From an uncultured Actinomycetes bacterium (lineage in GTDB: Bacteria; Actinomycetota; UBA4738; HRBIN12), in contig OY969934.1 of NCBI GenBank assembly GCA_963704725.1, forward strand, positions 3,104,001 through 3,168,000: a stretch of DNA of 64,000 nt, read 5' to 3'. The position numbers and the translations under genes are program-made. The notes under the pieces were generated by a model. It ran no database searches and was not told where the DNA came from. It worked only from the letters and a program-made list of their open reading frames with translations. Each line of letters starts with the position of its first letter. Positions within the stretch are counted from its first letter, which is position 1. Below are positions 35,200-43,237 of this stretch, one piece after another.

Positions 35200-36507
35200 T
35201 CATCGCCGCGGGCCGGTCCGCGTTCGGCGCCCGCGGCCGTTCCCCTTCGCGTTGCCGGATCGGTTCCCGCCGCCGTTCGCGTTCCGGTTCCCATTGCCGT
35301 TCCGGTTCCCACTACCGTTCCTCGCCGATCCGTGCTTGTCGATCCGCAGCCCGGCCTGCACGAACTCCGCGTGGAGCTGGAGCTTGGTGGCGATCCGGCC
35401 GACGTCGAGCTGCTGCTCGGGCGTGACGAACGTGATGCCCTCGCCGCCGCGACCGGCCCGCGCGGTGCGACCGACGCGATGCACGTAGTCGGTCTCGTCG
35501 GCGGGCGCGTCGAAGTTGATCACGTGCGTGATGTCCTCGAGGTCGAGCCCCCGGGCCGCGACGTCGGTCGCCACGAGGACGTCGTTGGCCCCCGAGGCGA
35601 AGTGGCCCAGCGCGCGCTCGCGCTGCGGCTGGGACATCCCGCCGTGCAGGGCGCCGGCGCGGAAGCCCTGGGCCTTGAGGTTCCTGGTCAGGCGATCGGC
35701 CCCGTGCTTGGTGCGCACGAAGACCAGCGTGAGGCCGCGGTCGGCCGCCAGCTCGCGCACGAGCGCCGGCGTCTTCGCGGGCTGCTCCACGGCGATGAAG
35801 CGATGCAGGGCCTCCGCGATGACCGGCCGGTCCTCCGCCACCGTGTGCGATACGGGATCGTCGGTGAACCGGGCCGCGAGCCGTCCGACCTCGCCGTCGA
35901 GCGTCGCCGAGAACAGCATCGTCTGCCGCTCCGGTCGGAGCATCTCCAAGATGCGCGTGACGTCGGGCAGGAACCCCATGTCGAGCATCCGGTCGGCCTC
36001 GTCGAGCACGCAGATCCGGACGCGGTCCAGGCGCAAGAGCTTCCGCGCGACGAGGTCGAGCAGCCGCCCCGGCGTGGCGATGAGGATGTCGGCGCGGCGG
36101 GCCCGCTTCGCCTGCGGCCCCATCCCCACGCCGCCGTAGACCGAGGCGACCTCGAGGTGGCGGACGTCGGCGATCGCCCGGAACTCCTCAGTCACCTGGC
36201 TGGCCAGCTCCCGGGTCGGCACCAGGATCAACGCGGCGGGACTGCGGCCGTCGGCGGTGAGGCGCTCCACGATCGGCACGGCGAACGCGAGCGTCTTGCC
36301 CGAGCCGGTTCGCGACCGCGCCAGCACGTCTCGGCCGGCGAGCGCGTCGCCGAGCACGAGCGACTGGATCGGAAAGGTGCTCTCGATCCCGCGCATCGCG
36401 AGAGCGTGGACCACCTGAGCCGAGACGCCGAAGGCGTCGAAGCCGGGCTCGGTCCGGACGGGTGGTGCGGGCGCAGCGTGAGGCTGCGCGGTTCGGATCT
36501 GCTGCAC
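35200..36507 (-). CDS. DEAD-box RNA helicase
   Basis: Q motif, TGSGKT, PTRELA, TPGR, DEAD, SAT, ARGLD, HRVGRTARAG; G/N/R-rich tail. Confidence 0.96.
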   Translation of the reverse strand: MQQIRTAQPHAAPAPPVRTEPGFDAFGVSAQVVHALAMRGIESTFPIQSLVLGDALAGRDVLARSRTGSGKTLAFAVPIVERLTADGRSPAALILVPTRELASQVTEEFRAIADVRHLEVASVYGGVGMGPQAKRARRADILIATPGRLLDLVARKLLRLDRVRICVLDEADRMLDMGFLPDVTRILEMLRPERQTMLFSATLDGEVGRLAARFTDDPVSHTVAEDRPVIAEALHRFIAVEQPAKTPALVRELAADRGLTLVFVRTKHGADRLTRNLKAQGFRAGALHGGMSQPQRERALGHFASGANDVLVATDVAARGLDLEDITHVINFDAPADETDYVHRVGRTARAGRGGEGITFVTPEQQLDVGRIATKLQLHAEFVQAGLRIDKHGSARNGSGNRNGNGNRNANGGGNRSGNAKGNGRGRRTRTGPRR

Positions 36508-36702
36508 ATGATCTCCTCAGGTCCGTGGATGCTCGGTGCGCGGCGAATCAGTGGGCTGCCGCGTGATCGGGAACCCAGGGGCCGAGGGCTCGCGGTGCTG
36601 CGGGGTGGACGAACGCCGTCGCGAGCGGGTCCCGCTCGGGAGCCGCTGCTCCGACAGCGTACGCGATACGCCGGCGGGCGCGACGACCGAGACGCCGGCC
36701 GG

Positions 36703-37023
36703 TCAGCAGTCCGTCGCGGCGCGGAGGGCGGCGCACGGTTCCCCCCGTCGCTCCGCCGAGAGGGTCCCCATCCTGCGCACCAGCAGGGCCTTGGGGAACG
36801 CGAGCACGTTGTCCATCGCCGCGACGCCCTCGGCGGGGAGGCCCTCCTCGGCGCCGACCGGCACCTCCGTGGGGATGCCTCGGATCGTCCGCGTGACAGG
36901 CGCGACGAGGATGGTCCGCAGGACCGGGACCGCCTCGTCGCGCGTCAGCACGAGGTACGGACGCCCCTTCGCGTCCGGGGCCTCGCCCCACCAGATCTCC
37001 CCACGGGCCGGCTCGCTCACCAC
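36703..37023 (-). CDS. mazF: MazF/PemK-family toxin
   Basis: RGEIWW, RPYLVLTR, VAPVTRTIRGIPTEV, DN. Confidence 0.88.
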   Translation of the reverse strand: MVSEPARGEIWWGEAPDAKGRPYLVLTRDEAVPVLRTILVAPVTRTIRGIPTEVPVGAEEGLPAEGVAAMDNVLAFPKALLVRRMGTLSAERRGEPCAALRAATDC

Positions 37024-37268
37024 GGCTCCTCGTGGATCGAGCGGATCGCGGCCCGCGTGGCCGCGGCGACCTCGTCGTCGTCCTGGGGGACGCGGCGATA
37101 GCCCTCGACGATCGATTCCCGGACGCGGCGGCGGCGCTCCGCCTCGACGAGCGTCTCGAGTGCCAGCCTCACGGCCTCGGCCTTCGTCTCGAAGCGACCG
37201 GTGGCCACGAGGTCCTCGAGCGAGGAGGCCAGCTCGTCTGGTATGCGAACCGCAATCTGTTCCGACAT
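37017..37268 (-). CDS. Ribbon-helix-helix antitoxin (MazE-like)
   Basis: QIAVRIPDEL...LVATGRFETKAEAVR, IVEGYRRVPQ, IHEEPW; overlaps the toxin start; leaderless. Confidence 0.88.
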   Translation of the reverse strand: MSEQIAVRIPDELASSLEDLVATGRFETKAEAVRLALETLVEAERRRRVRESIVEGYRRVPQDDDEVAAATRAAIRSIHEEPW

Positions 37269-37346
37269 GCGTTTAGCATACCAGCACGCATACCGCTGGG
37301 TTGCCGAGGGCGGGCCGCGCCGAGCGACCCGCCCCCGGGTTCCGAT

Positions 37347-38498
37347 CTAGTTGCCACCCTCCACGAGCGTGACCTCGGTGGGCTGGAAGTCCGAGCCCGT
37401 GGTGTCGACGCCGAGGTCCTGCAGTTTGGCCAGGGCCTCGTTCACGATGTCGTTCGTCCATGCCCCGTCGGTGGGGGGCGCGGTGAGCACCGTGGCCCCC
37501 TCGAGGTTCTGGGTGTCCATGGCGATCTGCACCGTGCGGTCCCAGGCTGCCTCGTCGATCACACCGACGCCGCCATCGGCCGGCCAGATGAGCTTGTTGA
37601 TCTCGTTCATCTGCCACAGCTGGTGGCTGTCGCCGAGCTTGGAACCCTTGGCCACGACGACGTTGCGGCACTCCTCGACGTTGTCCCGGCAGTACGCCCA
37701 GCCCTGCAGGCTCGCCGTCACGAACCGCACGGCGATGTCGCGGTAGGCGTCGTCCGAATCGAGTCGCGCGGCGTCGGCCCAGATGGCGTCCTGGAGCATG
37801 CCGACGCCTTCGTCCTCGTAGCTGACGACGTTGAAGTCATCGGGCGAGTAGAGCTCGTCCGTGTCCGGGTTCACCGCCTCCAGCACCTGCGCGTACTCGT
37901 TGTAGGTCATGGCCTCGGCGGCGTCGATGTCCCCGGAGAGCAGGCCGACCATGTCGAACTGCTGCTGCACCAGGCTGACGTCGCTCGCCGGGTCGAGCCC
38001 GTCCTTCGTGAGCGCGGCGAAGATCTCGTACTCGTTGCCGAACCCCCAGTTGCCGATGGTGTGCCCGGCGAAATCGGCGGACGAGGTGATCCCCGCGTCC
38101 TTGAACGAGACCTGCAGCGTCCCCGAGCGCTGGAACACCTGCGCGATGTCCACGATGTTCGCGCCGGCCTCGCGGCTGGCGAGCGCCTTCGGCACCCAGG
38201 CCAGCGCGAAGTCCACGGCGCCGTCCGCGAGCTGCTGCTGCGGCACGATGTCCACGCCGCCCTCGACGATCGTCACGTCGAGGCACTGGTCGGCGTAGAA
38301 GCCCTTGTCCTGTGCCGCGAAGTAGCCGGCGAACTGGGCCTGGATGAACCACTGGAGCTGCAGGCTCACCGCGTCGGTCGAGGCGCAGTCGCCCCCGCCG
38401 CCTCCTCCGCCCTCGTCGTTGCTGCACGCCGTCGCCGCCAGCGCGAGCGCCAGCACGCCGGCGGCCACGACTCGGAACCGCTTGCCCACCATGCGCAT
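37347..38498 (-). CDS. NMT1/THI5-like ABC substrate-binding lipoprotein (pyrimidine-type)
   Basis: ATAC lipobox; LQLQWFIQAQFAGYFAA, WGFGNE, AMTYNE, MLQD. Confidence 0.9.
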   Translation of the reverse strand: MRMVGKRFRVVAAGVLALALAATACSNDEGGGGGGGDCASTDAVSLQLQWFIQAQFAGYFAAQDKGFYADQCLDVTIVEGGVDIVPQQQLADGAVDFALAWVPKALASREAGANIVDIAQVFQRSGTLQVSFKDAGITSSADFAGHTIGNWGFGNEYEIFAALTKDGLDPASDVSLVQQQFDMVGLLSGDIDAAEAMTYNEYAQVLEAVNPDTDELYSPDDFNVVSYEDEGVGMLQDAIWADAARLDSDDAYRDIAVRFVTASLQGWAYCRDNVEECRNVVVAKGSKLGDSHQLWQMNEINKLIWPADGGVGVIDEAAWDRTVQIAMDTQNLEGATVLTAPPTDGAWTNDIVNEALAKLQDLGVDTTGSDFQPTEVTLVEGGN

Positions 38499-38514
38499 CC
38501 CCCTCCCTGCTCTC

Positions 38515-38586
38515 GTGGGCTCTATCGCTCGCTGCGCTCGCTTCCTGAGCCCCCACACCCCCGAGGCACCGCCCCCCGTGGCCTCG
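38515..38586. repeat. REP-like intergenic double hairpin
   Basis: GTGGGCTC...GAGCCCCCAC around CGCTCGCTGCGCTCGC, plus CGAGGC...GCCTCG. Confidence 0.5.
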
Positions 38587-38596
38587 AATCGCCGCA

Positions 38597-39376
38597 TCAT
38601 GCCCCATCGGGCCGGAACCTGCGAGGGGCGCCCGGCGTGGCCACGCGCTCGAGCGTCACCGCCGTCAGGAAGAACGCCAGCCCCAGCAGACAGGCCCCCA
38701 GCACGTACGCCCACGCCGTCGCGTTCGAGGAGATCGCGATGTTGGAGACGATCCGGCTGCCCAGCCCGTTCTGCGAACCGCCGAAGTACTCGGAGACGAA
38801 CGCCGTGATCACGGCGGCCGGCGCGGCGATCCGCAGCGCCGTGAACAGGTACGGGACGGCGTTGGGAACCCGGACCTTCCGCAGGATGGCCATCTCGCTC
38901 GCGGCGTAGGAGCGCATCAGGTCGAGCTGGATGGCGTCGACCTCGCGCAGGCCGCGGGCCACGTTGACCAGCACGATGAACTGCACGACGAGGCTCACCA
39001 TCAGCCGGCGCGGCACCTCGCTCGTGATCGAGAACATGTTGTTGAAGACGGCGACGAGCACGAAGATCGGGACCGCGTTCAGCGCCACCGCGAGCGGGGT
39101 CACCAGGTCGTTCAGCAGCCTGAACCGGCCGAGCACGAACGCCAGCGCCACGCCGATCACGGTGCCGACGAGAAGCCCGATCAGGGCGTTGCCGCCGGAG
39201 ACCCGCGCCGCGCCCCAGATCAGTCCGAGGTTCCCCCGGAACTCGGTCCAGATCGACGTCGGGGTCGGCAGGAAGTAGGGCTTGAGGTCGAAGACCTTCA
39301 CCACGGTCTCCCACAGCACGAGGAACGCCGCCCCGAACACCATCGGCGGGAGCGCGAGGCGGACGAGGCGGCTCAC
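38597..39376 (-). CDS. NitT/TauT-type ABC permease
   Basis: LPTPTSIW, ARGL, VPNAVPYLFTALR, VSEYFG. Confidence 0.9.
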   Translation of the reverse strand: MSRLVRLALPPMVFGAAFLVLWETVVKVFDLKPYFLPTPTSIWTEFRGNLGLIWGAARVSGGNALIGLLVGTVIGVALAFVLGRFRLLNDLVTPLAVALNAVPIFVLVAVFNNMFSITSEVPRRLMVSLVVQFIVLVNVARGLREVDAIQLDLMRSYAASEMAILRKVRVPNAVPYLFTALRIAAPAAVITAFVSEYFGGSQNGLGSRIVSNIAISSNATAWAYVLGACLLGLAFFLTAVTLERVATPGAPRRFRPDGA

Positions 39377-40149
39377 GGCCCCACGCCGGCGCCGCGCAGG
39401 GCCTCGCGCACCTCGGTGACCTTCTTGAAGAACGCGTCGGCCTCGCGCGTCTCCAGGGTCCGCTCGGCGCCGAGGTCGACGTCGACCACGTCGGTGATCC
39501 GCCCCGGCCGCGGTGACATCACGACCACGCGGGTCGACAGGTACACGGCCTCGGGGATCGAGTGCGTGACGAACACGACCGTCGTCGCGGTCTCCGAGCA
39601 GATCCGAAGCAGCTCGGCCTGCATGTGCTCACGGGTCATCTCGTCCAGCGCTCCGAACGGCTCGTCCATCAGGAGGATCGGAGGGTGGGCGGCCAGCGCG
39701 CGGGCGATCGCCACGCGCTGCTGCATCCCACCGGAGAGCTGCCACGGGTGATGCTCCGCGAACTCGGGGAGCTTCACCAGATCGAGCATCTCGAGGGCCC
39801 GGCGGCGGCGTTGAGCCTTGTCCCAGCCCTTCAGCTCGAGCGGCAGCTCGATGTTCTTGGCCACCGTGCGCCACTCGAACAGGCCGGCCTGCTGGAACGC
39901 CATGCCGTAGTCCTGGTCCAGCCGGGCCCGCCGCGCCGGTTTGCCGTTCACGAGCACCTGGCCGGTGGTGGGCTCGACGAGGTTCGCGATCAGACGGAGC
40001 TGCGTCGACTTGCCGCACCCCGACGGCCCGATCAGCGAGACGAACTCCCCCGGCTCGATCGTGAGGTCGATGTCGACGAGCGCGGGCACGGCGTCGGGCC
40101 GGCCCGCGTTGAAGACCTTCGACACGCCTCGGACCTCGACGGCGGTCAC
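39373..40149 (-). CDS. NitT/TauT-type ABC ATP-binding protein
   Basis: GPSGCGKST, LSGGMQQR, MDEPFGALD, VTHS. Confidence 0.93.
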   Translation of the reverse strand: MTAVEVRGVSKVFNAGRPDAVPALVDIDLTIEPGEFVSLIGPSGCGKSTQLRLIANLVEPTTGQVLVNGKPARRARLDQDYGMAFQQAGLFEWRTVAKNIELPLELKGWDKAQRRRRALEMLDLVKLPEFAEHHPWQLSGGMQQRVAIARALAAHPPILLMDEPFGALDEMTREHMQAELLRICSETATTVVFVTHSIPEAVYLSTRVVVMSPRPGRITDVVDVDLGAERTLETREADAFFKKVTEVREALRGAGVGP

Positions 40150-40988
40150 TCGACCGCCTCCCGCGGGCGGTTCCGCATCAGCATCACGTCGGCCAGCGCG
40201 ACCAGCCCGGCCATCAGCAGTCCGAGCGCTGCCGCGCCGAACACGGCCGTGTACACCTTGGCCGGATCGCTCGTGGCCTCGCGGGCGTACTCGATGATCA
40301 GCCGTCCCACCCCGCCGGCCAGCCCGGTCGAGATCTCGGCCACGACGACGCCGACCACCGACGCCGTCGCCGCGAGCTTGAGCGCCGGCACGATGAACGG
40401 GACGGCCGCGGGGAACCGCAGCTTGAACAGCGTCTGCCGCCACGTGGCCGCGTACGAGTCCATCAGCTCGAGCGAGGCCGGGGGCGCGGACGTGAGCCCG
40501 CGCAACGTGCCCACCGCCACCGGGAAGAACGCCAGGAACGCCCCGAGCACCGCGGCCGACAGCCAGCGGGGCCACGCGAACGAGCCCAGGTGGAGCTTGC
40601 CGCCCCAGCTCACGACGAGCGGCGCGAGCGCGATCAGCGGAACGGTCTGCGAGATCACGAGGTACGGCAGCAGTCCCCGCTCGACCACCTCGAGCCGGGC
40701 CATGAGGATCGCCAGGCCGAACCCGACGAGCGCGCCCATGACGAATCCGGCGAGCGCCAGCCGGAGCGAGAACCACGCCCCGGAAAGGACCACGAGCAGG
40801 ATCGGCTCCGACGAACCCCGGCGCTCGGGCCGGGCGAAGCGCGAGAGCATCTCCCAGACGTGCGGCATGGCCTGGTCGCTCGTCCGCGGCAGGACCCTCC
40901 ACCCGAAGACGGTGCCGCCCTCGTCCGGGCCGAGCCACTTGTAGAGCTCCCACAGGACGGCCACCAGCAGCAGCGCCGACGCGAACAT
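40146..40988 (-). CDS. NitT/TauT-type ABC permease
   Basis: MPH, SQTVPLIALAP, FFP, KLRFP, VVAEIS; start uncertain. Confidence 0.88.
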   Translation of the reverse strand: MFASALLLVAVLWELYKWLGPDEGGTVFGWRVLPRTSDQAMPHVWEMLSRFARPERRGSSEPILLVVLSGAWFSLRLALAGFVMGALVGFGLAILMARLEVVERGLLPYLVISQTVPLIALAPLVVSWGGKLHLGSFAWPRWLSAAVLGAFLAFFPVAVGTLRGLTSAPPASLELMDSYAATWRQTLFKLRFPAAVPFIVPALKLAATASVVGVVVAEISTGLAGGVGRLIIEYAREATSDPAKVYTAVFGAAALGLLMAGLVALADVMLMRNRPREAVE

Positions 40989-41080
40989 GGTCGCTCGCCG
41001 GCCGAGACGACGGACGTCCCCCCTCTCGGCATCCCCGGGATGCTAGTCACACCCCGCCGGACGCGCGACCCGCGACGGCG

Positions 41081-41791
41081 CTACCCCTCGGGCTCGACCC
41101 AGATCGAGCGGGCGACCTCGGTGGACAGCGCGACCTGGCGGCGCCCCACGCGGACGGAGATCGCGCCCGTCGAGGCCCGGGTCGCGGCGACCTGCACGCG
41201 CCGTCCCGTCACGAGCCCGGATTCGTCGAGCAGCCGGAGGAGGTCGGGGGCGTCGTGCTCGGCCACCTCCGAGATGCGCCGCACCAGGGCGGGCGTCCCC
41301 GGCTCGAGATCGGCGAGCGCGACGAGCGGGCCGTAGGGCGCCTCCCGCCCGGGGATGACGTTGCCGTGGGGACACGTGGCCGGCATCCCCAGGTGCGCGT
41401 CGAGGCGGTCGGTCAGCTCGGCCGACAGGGCCGGCGCGAGGCGTTGGGCCTCCTCGTCGGCCGCCGTCCAGTCCAGGCCGAGGCGGTCGGTCAGCCAGCG
41501 CTCCGCGAGCCGGTGGGCTCGCACGATCTGCTCGGCGAGCCTGCGTCCCCGGGGCGAGAGCGTCGCGCTCCGATCCGCCGCGACCCGGATCCACCCGTCG
41601 CGCTCGAGGCTCCGGAGCGTGGTGCTCACGGTGGCGGGGGTGACGTCGAGCCACTCGGCGACACGGCTCGGCCGGACGCGCTCGCCCTCCTGCTGGATGT
41701 AGAAGATCGTCTCGAGGTAGTGCTTCACCGTCTCGTCCCGCAGCGAGCGCGACCCGTCGCGGGGGCTCGCGTGCGTGGAGCGCTCGGGCAC
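41081..41791 (-). CDS. DtxR/MntR-family metal-dependent regulator with FeoA-like domain
   Basis: HYLETIF, VTPATVS, HRLAERWL, ADEEA, TCPHGNVIP; start approximate. Confidence 0.88.
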   Translation of the reverse strand: MPERSTHASPRDGSRSLRDETVKHYLETIFYIQQEGERVRPSRVAEWLDVTPATVSTTLRSLERDGWIRVAADRSATLSPRGRRLAEQIVRAHRLAERWLTDRLGLDWTAADEEAQRLAPALSAELTDRLDAHLGMPATCPHGNVIPGREAPYGPLVALADLEPGTPALVRRISEVAEHDAPDLLRLLDESGLVTGRRVQVAATRASTGAISVRVGRRQVALSTEVARSIWVEPEG

Positions 41792-41817
41792 GAAGCCGGC
41801 CCCGGGTCCCGACGGCG

Positions 41818-42660
41818 TCAGCGAGCCACGATGTCGTCGTACGCGTCGGGCCGGCGATCGCGGTAGAACGCCCACCGGTCGCGCACCTCGCGGATCTTGC
41901 CGAGGTCGAGGTCGCGCACGATCAGCTCGGGCTTGTAGGCATCGCCGAGGTCGCCGACGAACTGCCCCTCGGGATCGACGAAGTAGCTCTGCCCGTAGAA
42001 GTCGTCGTCGCCGAGCGGCTCGATCCCGACGCGGTTGATCGCGCCGACGAAGTACATGTTCGCGACGGCCGCGGCCGGCTGCTCCAGGCGCCAGATGTAC
42101 TCGCTGAGCCCGCGGTGGGTGGCCGAGGGGTTGAACACGATCTCGGCGCCGTGCAGGCCGAGGATGCGCCAGCCCTCCGGGAAGTGGCGGTCGTAGCAGA
42201 TGTACACGCCGACCTTGCCCACCGCGGTCTCGAACACCGGGTACCCCTCGGTGCCGGGCGTGAAGTAGAACTTCTCCCAGAACCCCTTGACCTGCGGGAT
42301 GTGCTGCTTGCGGTACTTCCCCAGGTACGTGCCGTCGGCGTCGATCACCGCCGCGGTGTTGAAGTACTGGCCGGGCTGCACGATCTCGTACATCGGCAGC
42401 ACCATGACCATGCCGAGCTCCTTGGCCACGCTCTGGAACCGCTTCGTCGTCGGGCCGTCGGGGATGGGCTCGGTGTAGCTGTAGTACTCGGCGTCCTGCA
42501 CCTGGCAGAAGTACGGGCCGTAGAACAGCTCCTGGAAGCAGATGATCTCGGCGCCCTGGGCCGAGGCCTCGCGAGCCGCGTCCTCGTGCTTGTCGATCAT
42601 GGCCTCCTGGGTCCCGGCCCAGTCCGTCTGCAGCAGTGCGGCCTTCACCGTCCTCGCCAT
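41818..42660 (-). CDS. Nitrilase-family beta-ureidopropionase / N-carbamoyl amidohydrolase
   Basis: FQELF, YRKQHIP, FWEKFYF, ICYDRHFPE, NRVG, YRDRRP. Confidence 0.9.
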   Translation of the reverse strand: MARTVKAALLQTDWAGTQEAMIDKHEDAAREASAQGAEIICFQELFYGPYFCQVQDAEYYSYTEPIPDGPTTKRFQSVAKELGMVMVLPMYEIVQPGQYFNTAAVIDADGTYLGKYRKQHIPQVKGFWEKFYFTPGTEGYPVFETAVGKVGVYICYDRHFPEGWRILGLHGAEIVFNPSATHRGLSEYIWRLEQPAAAVANMYFVGAINRVGIEPLGDDDFYGQSYFVDPEGQFVGDLGDAYKPELIVRDLDLGKIREVRDRWAFYRDRRPDAYDDIVAR

Positions 42661-42725
42661 CGCGCTCCTCCTGGCTCACGCCCGGGCCGTCGTCCCGGCC
42701 TTCCGCGATGGTAGCCATCCGGGCT

Positions 42726-42776
42726 CCGGGGCGCGAGGGGCCGAGCGCCGGGGCGCGAGGGGCCGAGCGCCGGGGC
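42726..42776. repeat. 22-bp tandem repeat x2.3 (CCGGGGCGCGAGGGGCCGAGCG)
   Basis: Read directly in the divergent intergenic region. Confidence 0.85.
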
Positions 42777-42839
42777 CAGCGGGTCGGTAGGGTCGGGATC
42801 GGGGGCAGACGTGGACGAGAGCGGATCGGGGTGAGAGGG

Positions 42840-43232
42840 ATGCTCGGATGGGTCGGCGACGTCGAGCGGACCACGCTCGAGAACGAGGCGTTCCGGACCG
42901 TGGTCTTCACCGGCGAGCACGTTCAGCTCACGGTGATGCGGCTCGGCCCGGGCGAGGACATCGGGCGCGAGGCGCACCCGGACACCGACCAGTTCCTGCG
43001 GATCGAGGCAGGGACGGGGCGGGTGGAGTTCGGCCGGAGCGAGGAGCGCGTGGACGAGACCCACGACGTCGAGGGCGACTGGGCCGTGGTCGTCCCCGCG
43101 GGCGTGTGGCACAACGTGGTGAACACCGGGCCCGGCGAGCTGAAGCTCTACTCGCTGTACGCGCCGCCCGAGCACCCCGACGGCACGGTGCATCGGACCA
43201 AGGCGGACGCGGAGGCCGCGGAGCAGGCCTGA
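42840..43232 (+). CDS. Cupin domain protein
   Basis: NEAFRTVVFTG, EAHPDTDQF, VPAGVWHN, YAPPEH. Confidence 0.9.
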   Translation: MLGWVGDVERTTLENEAFRTVVFTGEHVQLTVMRLGPGEDIGREAHPDTDQFLRIEAGTGRVEFGRSEERVDETHDVEGDWAVVVPAGVWHNVVNTGPGELKLYSLYAPPEHPDGTVHRTKADAEAAEQA

Positions 43233-43237
43233 GCGCC

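Noticed and set aside
42726-42776. Possible CRISPR repeat
   Set aside because: Copies are directly adjacent with no spacers, and no cas genes are present.
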